This document shows, piece by piece, positions 26,304-34,250 of a stretch of DNA of 64,000 nucleotides. The DNA lies in the IMG/VR virus record IMGVR_UViG_3300013132_000031, positions 1 to 64,000 of that record. One strand, 5' to 3'. Within the stretch, counting starts at the first letter, position 1, and each line of letters starts with the position of its first letter. A program made the translations under genes and the position numbers. This stretch comes from a virus. The notes under the pieces were generated by a model that was not told the DNA's origin, made no database searches, and saw only the letters and a program-made list of their open reading frames with translations.

Positions 26304-27890
26304 TTACCTAAGTATAGAAATGAACGGCATTGGATCAATGTGATTGTCTGTGTGATCTTTGAGATGTGTGTCCAGTTCTGCATGATAAGTCTGCAGCAAC
26401 ATCAGCATGCGGACCGCCAACAACGAGCTCATCACCAAATCGTCTGTTTCTCCAGGTTTGGCAGCATAACTGCCGCCGTTGGCCACAAACGTTTTGAGTT
26501 CACTGATCAAGGGTCTGCTGTACAGCTTCATGCGTCCAGATTCTACTAAGATTTTTAACTTGCTGCAGGCAGTGAGTTTGGCTTTGTTTGTGGTGTTGAA
26601 TCCTTTACGAAATCTACGTCCTGTAGTGCCTGTTACTGAATTGTCGCTGAGAAAATACCCTCGGATGTTTTCTTCTCCGTACTCGTTTATGCTGATCAGG
26701 GCGGCTTCGCCAATGGTATTGTTTTCTACTGAGTAGTATATCTTTTTGTCATCTTTGGTAATTTCATACAATTCATTCACAATATCAGCCAACAGTTTGA
26801 CCTGTGTAGGAATATCTGTTCGGTTGTGGCGCCATTCAGCCACTTGCTCTGTGGTGTCTGCTTCGAACACTTGTATGGCTGCAGGGTCGCCGCCGGTGCC
26901 CAGGCTAGGGTCTAGAGCTACAATATACATTTTGTCTGGGTTTGGTGTTTTGTACCAGCGCACTTGTCCTGTGCGGCGATTGGGTTCTACCCCTTCCAAG
27001 TCCAGCAGTCGGGTGGGAGCAATTAGTGTTTCATCATTGATAACAAATTCACATTCCATTTCTCGACGGAATCGATCTTCGCCCAGTTGTGCCAGCTGTT
27101 CCAGTCCCCATTGTTCATCACGATCTGGGTGCTCGCGCCAGTTGCTTCTAAATGCGCGGAATCCATTGATACCTAACTTTGTGGTGTTGCCATGTTCGTC
27201 TTGAGTCTTGTTAGCACCTTTCCACAAATACGCAAATTGATCTTCGTCTGAGTTGGGGGTACTTGTAATAATAGCCTTACCACCTGTGGCCAAAGTAGGG
27301 CTGATAGAAGTCCAAAATTCTCGAGCAATTGTGGGCCTTACAAACGCAAACTCGTCAGCGTACAGGAGTGAAATACTCATACCCCGTCCAGTCGTTTCAG
27401 TCGTGGTCTGCGCCACAATACGAGATCCGTTTTCAAACTCTAGACTGTTTTTGTTGTAGCTGGTGGCACCAGCACGTATGTGATTGGGGCACAATTCATA
27501 GGCATAGCGGATACGTTGCATGATCTCCTGTGCGCCGGTGTATTTGTGTGCGGCTACTAGAATAGTTGAATCTGGTACAAACATTGCATACCACAACAGG
27601 TAGCCAGCAGCTGAGGTTGACTTGCCTGTTTGTCGAGGCATCAGACTGATACTGTATCTGTAGTTGTGATAGGTTTCAATCAGTCGAGTTTGATACTCAA
27701 ATGGATGATACAACATCTTGCCGCGTGTGGGATGCTGAATATTAAAGAAGTTGTCCATAAAGTACAATGGACCATTCACAGGATCTGCACAGGCAGCAAA
27801 CTCCAGGAGTTCTTGTTCGGTGTATATTTCTTTCCGGTGCGGTGCTTTGACCAACACTGTTTCTAAATTTTTATATGGCGGCAAAATCAT
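26304..27890 (-). CDS. terL: Terminase large subunit (T4 gp17-like)
   Basis: PRQTGKST, LYADEFAFV, ITSTPN, ALDPSLG and DDLVMS. Confidence 0.95.
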   Translation of the reverse strand: MILPPYKNLETVLVKAPHRKEIYTEQELLEFAACADPVNGPLYFMDNFFNIQHPTRGKMLYHPFEYQTRLIETYHNYRYSISLMPRQTGKSTSAAGYLLWYAMFVPDSTILVAAHKYTGAQEIMQRIRYAYELCPNHIRAGATSYNKNSLEFENGSRIVAQTTTETTGRGMSISLLYADEFAFVRPTIAREFWTSISPTLATGGKAIITSTPNSDEDQFAYLWKGANKTQDEHGNTTKLGINGFRAFRSNWREHPDRDEQWGLEQLAQLGEDRFRREMECEFVINDETLIAPTRLLDLEGVEPNRRTGQVRWYKTPNPDKMYIVALDPSLGTGGDPAAIQVFEADTTEQVAEWRHNRTDIPTQVKLLADIVNELYEITKDDKKIYYSVENNTIGEAALISINEYGEENIRGYFLSDNSVTGTTGRRFRKGFNTTNKAKLTACSKLKILVESGRMKLYSRPLISELKTFVANGGSYAAKPGETDDLVMSSLLAVRMLMLLQTYHAELDTHLKDHTDNHIDPMPFISILR

Positions 27891-28629
27891 TTAATATTCT
27901 TTCTGCAAACAGTTCATGCCCAAGTGGGCCAGCATGCATGCGATCTCTAGCATACTCCACTTCTTCGCGACTTTTGGCAAACCAGTCGTGTGCATTGTAA
28001 GTTAAACAGCGTATGCCTAATCGAGCGCACAGGCCTTCCACTGCCAGTCGATTACGTGCGTTATTTAAGTCTGCATTGCGGTCATTCAAGAACCAAGTTT
28101 TTATAAAATTGTCAGTGTCTGCTTGACCAATTTCGCTGCCTGGCAAGTAAGTGTCGTGATTGTGATTGACGTTTTCTGATATCAGATCAAATCTGTGTTT
28201 GGGCGGTGCTGCCATTACCACCAACTTTGGGCGTAGTACAGGCAACCAATAGTCTGCCAGCATGAAACAGGTATCTGCACTGGTTCCGCCCCAAGCCAGA
28301 TTGTAATTTTTCAAACCCAAGGCCTGTGCGACCAAATGACTCCATGTGGACTGTTCTGGCAGACCAATGCCAATGGTATAGCTGCAACCCAATGATATCA
28401 TACTGTTGGTTTGCGGATCAAACTCTTCTGATCTGAATCCCTCACTGTTTATACGGTATGTTATGGCATCAGGCTCAAGCCATCCTTTGGCGCGAAAATA
28501 CTCACGGTATTCTTCGTTTTGTACCAGCTGCTGAAAACTTTCTGCTGTGTCAGTTGGCAACCATTTCAAAGTCTGGTGGCGATATTTTGACATCATACCA
28601 AAATGCCAAGGAGGCTGATTATTGGTCAT
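27871..28629 (-). CDS. SGNH hydrolase-like protein
   Basis: NSEGFRS, LGCSYTIG, NLAWGG and RDRMHAG. Confidence 0.6.
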   Translation of the reverse strand: MTNNQPPWHFGMMSKYRHQTLKWLPTDTAESFQQLVQNEEYREYFRAKGWLEPDAITYRINSEGFRSEEFDPQTNSMISLGCSYTIGIGLPEQSTWSHLVAQALGLKNYNLAWGGTSADTCFMLADYWLPVLRPKLVVMAAPPKHRFDLISENVNHNHDTYLPGSEIGQADTDNFIKTWFLNDRNADLNNARNRLAVEGLCARLGIRCLTYNAHDWFAKSREEVEYARDRMHAGPLGHELFAERILNDFAAI

Positions 28630-29765
28630 TGTAATCCTTTTCCTATGTTGGGCCACAAGTCCACAAACCTTGTGGTTTTTTTCAATGTTGTTTCCATGTC
28701 CTGGTGCCAGGTCAAAATATCTGGCACAAAATCTTGATTGTTTAGATAACTGTTGTTTACCAAAGTTACACGATATCTTTCAAGCACATCAGTGCTCAAC
28801 TGTTTTTGATCTTGATATTTGGCCACCACACTATCAATTTCTGCTATGGCAAGTTGTCTCAGTCTAGTAGACTGCCTTCTGATATCCAAGTCCCAGGGGT
28901 TGGTCAACTCACACCAAAAAATATCTAACTGTTGCTCAGCACAAAAGTCATAATACTCCATCAGATCCAATGCACAGTAAACAGAATAAGCAGGATGTGC
29001 TTGAACTTTTTGTTGATCGCTCTTCATTACTTGTATGTTATCAACAAACTGTGTCCAACTGGCACCGTGCCGCACATATTCAAATTTGTCCTGGTCAGCA
29101 TTGTCAAAGCTGATCATCCAACTCACGTTGGGCCAAGTTTTTAGACGTTGATAGATGGCATTGTTGTTGAGATCCATGCTGAGGTTGCTTGTGACCATCA
29201 CGCTGACTTTGCTGGCATCAATGTAGTCTAAAAACTTCTCTAGTCCCCGTTGCAACAGCGGCTCACCTCCGCCCAGGCTGAGTCCTTGTATGTTGTGTCC
29301 TTGAGTGCGAGCCAGTTCAATTAGATCAGCATGTTCGTTTTTGACATGATTGATGGGAATCTTCTTTATGCTTTGCCACGCTGTGCTGGTTTCTGGATTG
29401 CAGTACACACAAGCAAGATTGCACAAGTTGCTCCAGTTGACCACTAGGTGTTCCAGTTTGAAAAAGTCTGGATCTGTGTTAATAGCAGCTAGGGTTTCTT
29501 TACTAGTAGTGCGTACAGTTCTACCACTGACTCCTGTGGTTTCTTCCAGACGTTTACACCATGAGCACCCTGGTGCCCACTCACCACGTGCCATGGCCTG
29601 TTTCATGCCTGTGACTATGGGCCCTGTGATAACTTCTTGTATGGTGTTTTGCTTGATGTTGCCAATCATGTCCACGCAATGAAAGCAAGGACTTACTTCC
29701 CCAGCTTGATCAATGTTGAGGCTGGTCCAAGGTGCAGGACAGAACGTGGGACTATCGGATATCAT
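28626..29765 (-). CDS. Radical SAM protein with N-terminal twitch/SPASM-like region
   Basis: FCPAPW..SPC..CSWC, CNLACVYC, GGEP and FEYVRHG. Confidence 0.85.
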   Translation of the reverse strand: MISDSPTFCPAPWTSLNIDQAGEVSPCFHCVDMIGNIKQNTIQEVITGPIVTGMKQAMARGEWAPGCSWCKRLEETTGVSGRTVRTTSKETLAAINTDPDFFKLEHLVVNWSNLCNLACVYCNPETSTAWQSIKKIPINHVKNEHADLIELARTQGHNIQGLSLGGGEPLLQRGLEKFLDYIDASKVSVMVTSNLSMDLNNNAIYQRLKTWPNVSWMISFDNADQDKFEYVRHGASWTQFVDNIQVMKSDQQKVQAHPAYSVYCALDLMEYYDFCAEQQLDIFWCELTNPWDLDIRRQSTRLRQLAIAEIDSVVAKYQDQKQLSTDVLERYRVTLVNNSYLNNQDFVPDILTWHQDMETTLKKTTRFVDLWPNIGKGLQ

Positions 29766-30319
29766 TGTGGTGTCATCCATGTGTATGAAGTCACTCTATA
29801 AGAGTCTACGGGTGTGAGCATGGCATGCCACAACAGCGGTCTATAACCCGTTGCATCTGCTTGATTGATCATGATGTAACCAGCGTTGGGTTGCGAAGGT
29901 GTTTGATACCGCAAGGTTGAGGGATTCTTGTGCCAGTAAAAAGCTGTGCCCGGGCCGCGCCAGGTCAAGTGCATGCTGCCTGGCATTTCTCCATCAGTAT
30001 GCATGCCGCAGGTAAATCCTGGTTCGTCCACCCACCATGCTGTTCCAAAATAAGGTTGTAATTGTCTGCCAATTGTTGATTCAATTGTTGACCATTGCTG
30101 GCCAAGTTCACGGTGCCACTGGTCAATCCATGGTATGGCTGTGTCAGTTATACGTCTACGCGACCAGTTCTCTTGTCCTTCCTGACGTTGCCAAGGCAAT
30201 GCTAACCAGTCTGTTGTCACAACCAATTCTGCCAGGTCAGCACTTACAGCATGCTCTACCCTAAACAAATTGTTTTCCGCATCCACAGGGGTCACAAGCA
30301 CAATTGTATCTCCGGCCAT
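29762..30319 (-). CDS. Putative 2OG-Fe(II) oxygenase
   Basis: HTD, GTAF, NAGY, WH and R in 2OG-Fe(II) order. Confidence 0.55.
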   Translation of the reverse strand: MAGDTIVLVTPVDAENNLFRVEHAVSADLAELVVTTDWLALPWQRQEGQENWSRRRITDTAIPWIDQWHRELGQQWSTIESTIGRQLQPYFGTAWWVDEPGFTCGMHTDGEMPGSMHLTWRGPGTAFYWHKNPSTLRYQTPSQPNAGYIMINQADATGYRPLLWHAMLTPVDSYRVTSYTWMTPQ

Positions 30320-31431
30320 AACTGCTCAAACTGCCCCTGTGTGTCAGGGTGATACTTTGTTTCAATGTCTTGTATGTGTTGTTGAAACTGGCGTGTGATG
30401 CCTGCTTGTTCTTGCGTTATCTCACGATAGTTATCCAATGCCTGATCAAAAAACTGTTGCTCAGCAGGTGTGGCGATTCCTAGTGCATAAAACCGTTCAA
30501 TCTCTGCGGCTGCTAATTTGGCCACAGCAGGTCCGTGCAAGAATGGATCCAAGTATGCAGGCTGAAACAAGTTTTGCCATAGCACTGTGGCACCGGCTGA
30601 TTCCGTAAACTGTCTAAACTCACACAATCTTGTGGCATTATAGATACTGTAAACTGCATGCACACCACCCCACTGTCCTTGTGACTGCATCAAGCCTTGT
30701 ATGATTTTCAAGTTTTCCTGCAACATGGCCCATGAGCCACCATACCGCACATATTCAAAACGATTGCTAATGTTGTCAAAGCTCATTGACCAACCTACAC
30801 GGTTGCGTTCGGAGAGTTTGCGAAATATCCGGTTGCTCTGCAAATCAACATTTAAGTTTGTGATCAGTGTGACAATGGCAGACTCGGGTATCACATCCAG
30901 CAGTCGTTCATTCTCGTGCAGCAACAAGGGTTCGCCGCCCACCAGTGCCACTTCGTGTATGTGGTCATGGTGTTGTTCAATGAAATCACACACTTGTTCA
31001 TAGTAGGGTCTTGAGCCTGACTTAAACGAAACTTGCTTTAGCTGTGCCCACTTGGAACTAGCACTGGGGTCGCAGTAGTTGCAACTGAAATTGCATGTGG
31101 TGTTCCATCGCACATCCACTATCACAGGATAGTGATATCGATCTCCAGCGGCAGCATAATCAAACTCGGAATTGACATTGTTGTGCCAGGCACGTTCTGA
31201 GTCTGCACCAAAACGTTCTGCTCGCACACAGTTAGAGCAATAGTCATGTGCTTGTCCTTGTGAGAGACTGGTGCGTATTTCTGTCATCAACTTGCTGTTG
31301 AGTATTTGTTCAATGCTCTGTGAGTTGAGGTTGCCCAGCATGTTGGGATTGCCAGCACAGCAGGTTTTGACATCACCACGGGGATTGATGTGCAAACCCC
31401 GCCAAGGGGCTGCACAGTAAAAATTGCTCAT
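30292..31431 (-). CDS. Radical SAM protein with N-terminal twitch/SPASM-like region
   Basis: YCAAPW..TCC..CSNC, CNFSCNYC, GGEP and FEYVRYG. TAAATA 4 nt upstream. Confidence 0.85.
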   Translation of the reverse strand: MSNFYCAAPWRGLHINPRGDVKTCCAGNPNMLGNLNSQSIEQILNSKLMTEIRTSLSQGQAHDYCSNCVRAERFGADSERAWHNNVNSEFDYAAAGDRYHYPVIVDVRWNTTCNFSCNYCDPSASSKWAQLKQVSFKSGSRPYYEQVCDFIEQHHDHIHEVALVGGEPLLLHENERLLDVIPESAIVTLITNLNVDLQSNRIFRKLSERNRVGWSMSFDNISNRFEYVRYGGSWAMLQENLKIIQGLMQSQGQWGGVHAVYSIYNATRLCEFRQFTESAGATVLWQNLFQPAYLDPFLHGPAVAKLAAAEIERFYALGIATPAEQQFFDQALDNYREITQEQAGITRQFQQHIQDIETKYHPDTQGQFEQLWPEIQLCL

Positions 31432-31438
31432 GTCTTAT

Positions 31439-32509
31439 TTACAGGTTGCTCAAGGCTTGGTGTAGTTTTGGTTGATACCTTGCGTACCATCCAGTGGCTT
31501 GATATGAATCATTACCAAAATCAGCCCAGTTGTAGTTGTGTTGTATTTGACGCATTTGTTGCTGTCGATAGTCCATGGCCAGTGCTTCGGTATCAATTTG
31601 TCGGCACAGATTGATCAAAGGTTTGATGTTGGTATCATGTGCATGATCACGAAAAAATCTAGGTTCAAATCCCAGTTGTTCCAACACGCGATAGCCCACA
31701 TCACTCATGTATATACTAAAACAACTTTTACTCAAGATTCCTTTGGCTGTTTTTTCTGACAGAATGGTGTCCTCTCCAGGTTCTGTTTCGGTAATAATTG
31801 ATATGCCAGTACCCCATGCAGGATGATTTATGGTGTAGTCATTGGGGAAATTGTCAGGGTTGGTGGCAAACGAGCTGGGCCCTTGTCTAATTTCATCATT
31901 GATGCGGACGTCAATATTGCCAGCAGATTTCAACCAACCCTCAACATCTATGTACGCATTGTCATACAGTCCAACGTGACTCACGCTGTACACATCTCTT
32001 TCAGCGTCAATCAACTTGTCCCGCATCAAGGTGTGCATGAGCCAGGATCTGTGTGATTTGGCATTGCGGTTCAAACACCCAATACGTCCCGAGCGTGGAT
32101 GGTCTGCAAGATTTTGCCAATTTGGATATTGGTGATAAGGGATCATCAAGAAGGCTGGATAGTACACACAATTGGGCATATTGTCAAACCAGTGTTGAGC
32201 ACGTGAACTCAACAGCACTATGCGAGATTTTGGAAAATACGGTTTTAACTCTTCAAGATAATTTTGTATCTGCTTGTTGCTTAGTCGTATTGGATCCCAG
32301 GTAGCATCAATGAAAATCAGTCGAGCATGACTGATGCTGTCACGCAGTGCTCTGCACTTGGAAAAAAAGGCAGGGAAGTCAGCTTTTTTCAAACTGTGTA
32401 AAAAAGGAGTGTTTCTAAAAATCACACTGTGCTGTGGCAGTGCCCGTCCTACCTGCCACGGGGTTTGGTCAAGTTCAGCTTGACTGTTGCTAAAGGAAAA
32501 TACAAGCAT
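31439..32509 (-). CDS. Hypothetical, possible GT-B glycosyltransferase
   Basis: CLNR..SHR, IITET..LSEKT and LGF. Paralogous to 46249..47319. Confidence 0.45.
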   Translation of the reverse strand: MLVFSFSNSQAELDQTPWQVGRALPQHSVIFRNTPFLHSLKKADFPAFFSKCRALRDSISHARLIFIDATWDPIRLSNKQIQNYLEELKPYFPKSRIVLLSSRAQHWFDNMPNCVYYPAFLMIPYHQYPNWQNLADHPRSGRIGCLNRNAKSHRSWLMHTLMRDKLIDAERDVYSVSHVGLYDNAYIDVEGWLKSAGNIDVRINDEIRQGPSSFATNPDNFPNDYTINHPAWGTGISIITETEPGEDTILSEKTAKGILSKSCFSIYMSDVGYRVLEQLGFEPRFFRDHAHDTNIKPLINLCRQIDTEALAMDYRQQQMRQIQHNYNWADFGNDSYQATGWYARYQPKLHQALSNL

Positions 32510-32526
32510 GAAATGCTGTCAATGAG

Positions 32527-32964
32527 TTATTGGCACCAGGACGTTTTGGCTTCGCCGTAGTATTCTCTGGCATAGCCATTGGCGATCAGCATCTGTCGCA
32601 GACTTTGGCCATTTAGAATGACATCTCCCAGTACACGACCACCGTACTTGTCCCAATCCATGAGAATGATCTGACGCTGGGTGGCCTGTGCAACAGCATT
32701 TTTAGTGAAAGCGGAGGCGGCTTGCCCTCGAGCGTTTTCACTTTCGCATTGAGCTCGATGTCCTTTTTCTGGAGTATCAACGCCAAACACTCGGATTGAG
32801 AGTTCAGGCTTGAGTGGGGCTGGTAGAAAGGGTGCGCGAAAGGCCACTGTGTCACCGTCTATGACTCTGGTGATTTCAGCGTCATAGGTCACACCAGGTC
32901 GTTGTTTGGGTTGTGCTAGAGCCAATGTAGGCACTATGAGTAACAGCAGGAGTAATTTTTTCAT
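32527..32964 (-). CDS. Thermonuclease (SNase-like) with signal peptide
   Basis: MKKLLLLLLIVPTLALA signal, RVIDGDT, IRVFGVDTPE and DKYGGRVLG. Confidence 0.9.
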   Translation of the reverse strand: MKKLLLLLLIVPTLALAQPKQRPGVTYDAEITRVIDGDTVAFRAPFLPAPLKPELSIRVFGVDTPEKGHRAQCESENARGQAASAFTKNAVAQATQRQIILMDWDKYGGRVLGDVILNGQSLRQMLIANGYAREYYGEAKTSWCQ

Positions 32965-32968
32965 AATG

Positions 32969-33355
32969 TTATCGAGGATATCCTGCAAAGGCTTTGACAG
33001 GACTGGTGGTGGCCACAAAATCAGGCTCCTCACTGTCTGGAGTTGAGACCGGGCGTTTGCCGCCAGGAGTGTCGGTCATGGTCAAAGCAGCGTCAATGAT
33101 TTTTTCAATGCCCCCATTGAATCCGGCTACCACAGCATGCTCACCAAATGCAGTTTCTGCAGACCATTCGGGCATGTGTGGGTTTACCCCATCCTTGCGA
33201 TATTCACTTCTGGCACGAGCCATGGCCACGCCCATGCGATATGTACGATAAGGATCGCTAGAACCCAACCCTGGCAACGTGTAGGTCCAACGCATGGGCT
33301 CTCGGCTCTCATCTGGCAACTCACGTTGCTCTGTGATAAATTCTTGAGCTCTCAT
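32969..33355 (-). CDS. Putative head-internal protein, paralog A
   Basis: N-terminus MRAQEFITE; C-terminus TTSPVKAFAGYPR. Confidence 0.6.
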   Translation of the reverse strand: MRAQEFITEQRELPDESREPMRWTYTLPGLGSSDPYRTYRMGVAMARARSEYRKDGVNPHMPEWSAETAFGEHAVVAGFNGGIEKIIDAALTMTDTPGGKRPVSTPDSEEPDFVATTSPVKAFAGYPR

Positions 33356-33723
33356 CTGGGATACCCTGCAAAGGCTTTGACAGGGCTGGTGGTGTGCACC
33401 GCAGGATGTTCTTGACTGCGCAGGTCACCGTGATTGATATCAACATAAGTGCTGCCAATGGCTTTGTATGCCATGTTTAATTTTTGTTGATCTTGCTTTG
33501 TGTATGCTGCTGCAATATTGTGGCGTCCTGCCCATGACTCGCCATCCAGGTCAGGAACAAATGTGCCGTCAGTTGAGGCCGCTGCCATCATCACACGGTT
33601 GAGTTCGTACACACGGTCAGCAAACTTGTTGTCGCGAAACTTGTTCAAGCCCACCGTGGCCTGATTCTGACGCTTGCTCATTTTGCCCACCGTGTCTTCG
33701 GTCACAAACTCAGTTGCTCTCAT
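33352..33723 (-). CDS. Putative head-internal protein, paralog B
   Basis: N-terminus MRATEFVTE; C-terminus TTSPVKAFAGYPR. Confidence 0.6.
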   Translation of the reverse strand: MRATEFVTEDTVGKMSKRQNQATVGLNKFRDNKFADRVYELNRVMMAAASTDGTFVPDLDGESWAGRHNIAAAYTKQDQQKLNMAYKAIGSTYVDINHGDLRSQEHPAVHTTSPVKAFAGYPR

Positions 33724-33724
33724 A

Positions 33725-34072
33725 TTATGTGGCTGGAGTTGCTATACCATTACTGGCTGCTGTGGCACTTGATGCAGTGCCCAAGGCAGTGGCAGTAAAG
33801 CCGCCTGCACCTGTGAGAATGTTTAGGTAGTTGCCTGTACCCACATAGTATTGTGTCACAGTATTACCTGGCACAGCAATGGCATTGGCATACAAGTTGC
33901 CCACTGGTGTGGTCATGGTGGCGTTGGCAGGTGTGCCATTGACCTGTTGGTACGTCAACTGCACAGCACTGACTTGGAATGTTACATTGCTCAAAGTGGT
34001 GGCAAACTCTACCCGGTCAGTGGTCCATGCCACATTGCTGACTGCGTTGACTACTTGTACTGTTGTGGCCAT
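33725..34072 (-). CDS. Hypothetical T/A/V-rich beta-strand protein, probably structural
   Basis: Amino-acid composition and late operon context. Confidence 0.55.
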   Translation of the reverse strand: MATTVQVVNAVSNVAWTTDRVEFATTLSNVTFQVSAVQLTYQQVNGTPANATMTTPVGNLYANAIAVPGNTVTQYYVGTGNYLNILTGAGGFTATALGTASSATAASNGIATPAT

Positions 34073-34245
34073 TATTTGTCACCTTGAGGTTTGGACACAA
34101 CTGGTTGAAGCAGTTCTCGTGCTTGATACATCACACCTGGGATTTCCACAGGTGTTTGTTTTACTGCAGGGATTGAGGGTGGCACATAGTTGTTGGCTTT
34201 GCGTTGTGCAATTTCTGCGGCTACTTCACTGTAAGGTCTCATCAT
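34072..34245 (-). CDS. Small hypothetical protein
   Basis: Likely start MMRPYSE; TAATG coupling downstream. Confidence 0.55.
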   Translation of the reverse strand: MMRPYSEVAAEIAQRKANNYVPPSIPAVKQTPVEIPGVMYQARELLQPVVSKPQGDK

Positions 34246-34250
34246 GATGG

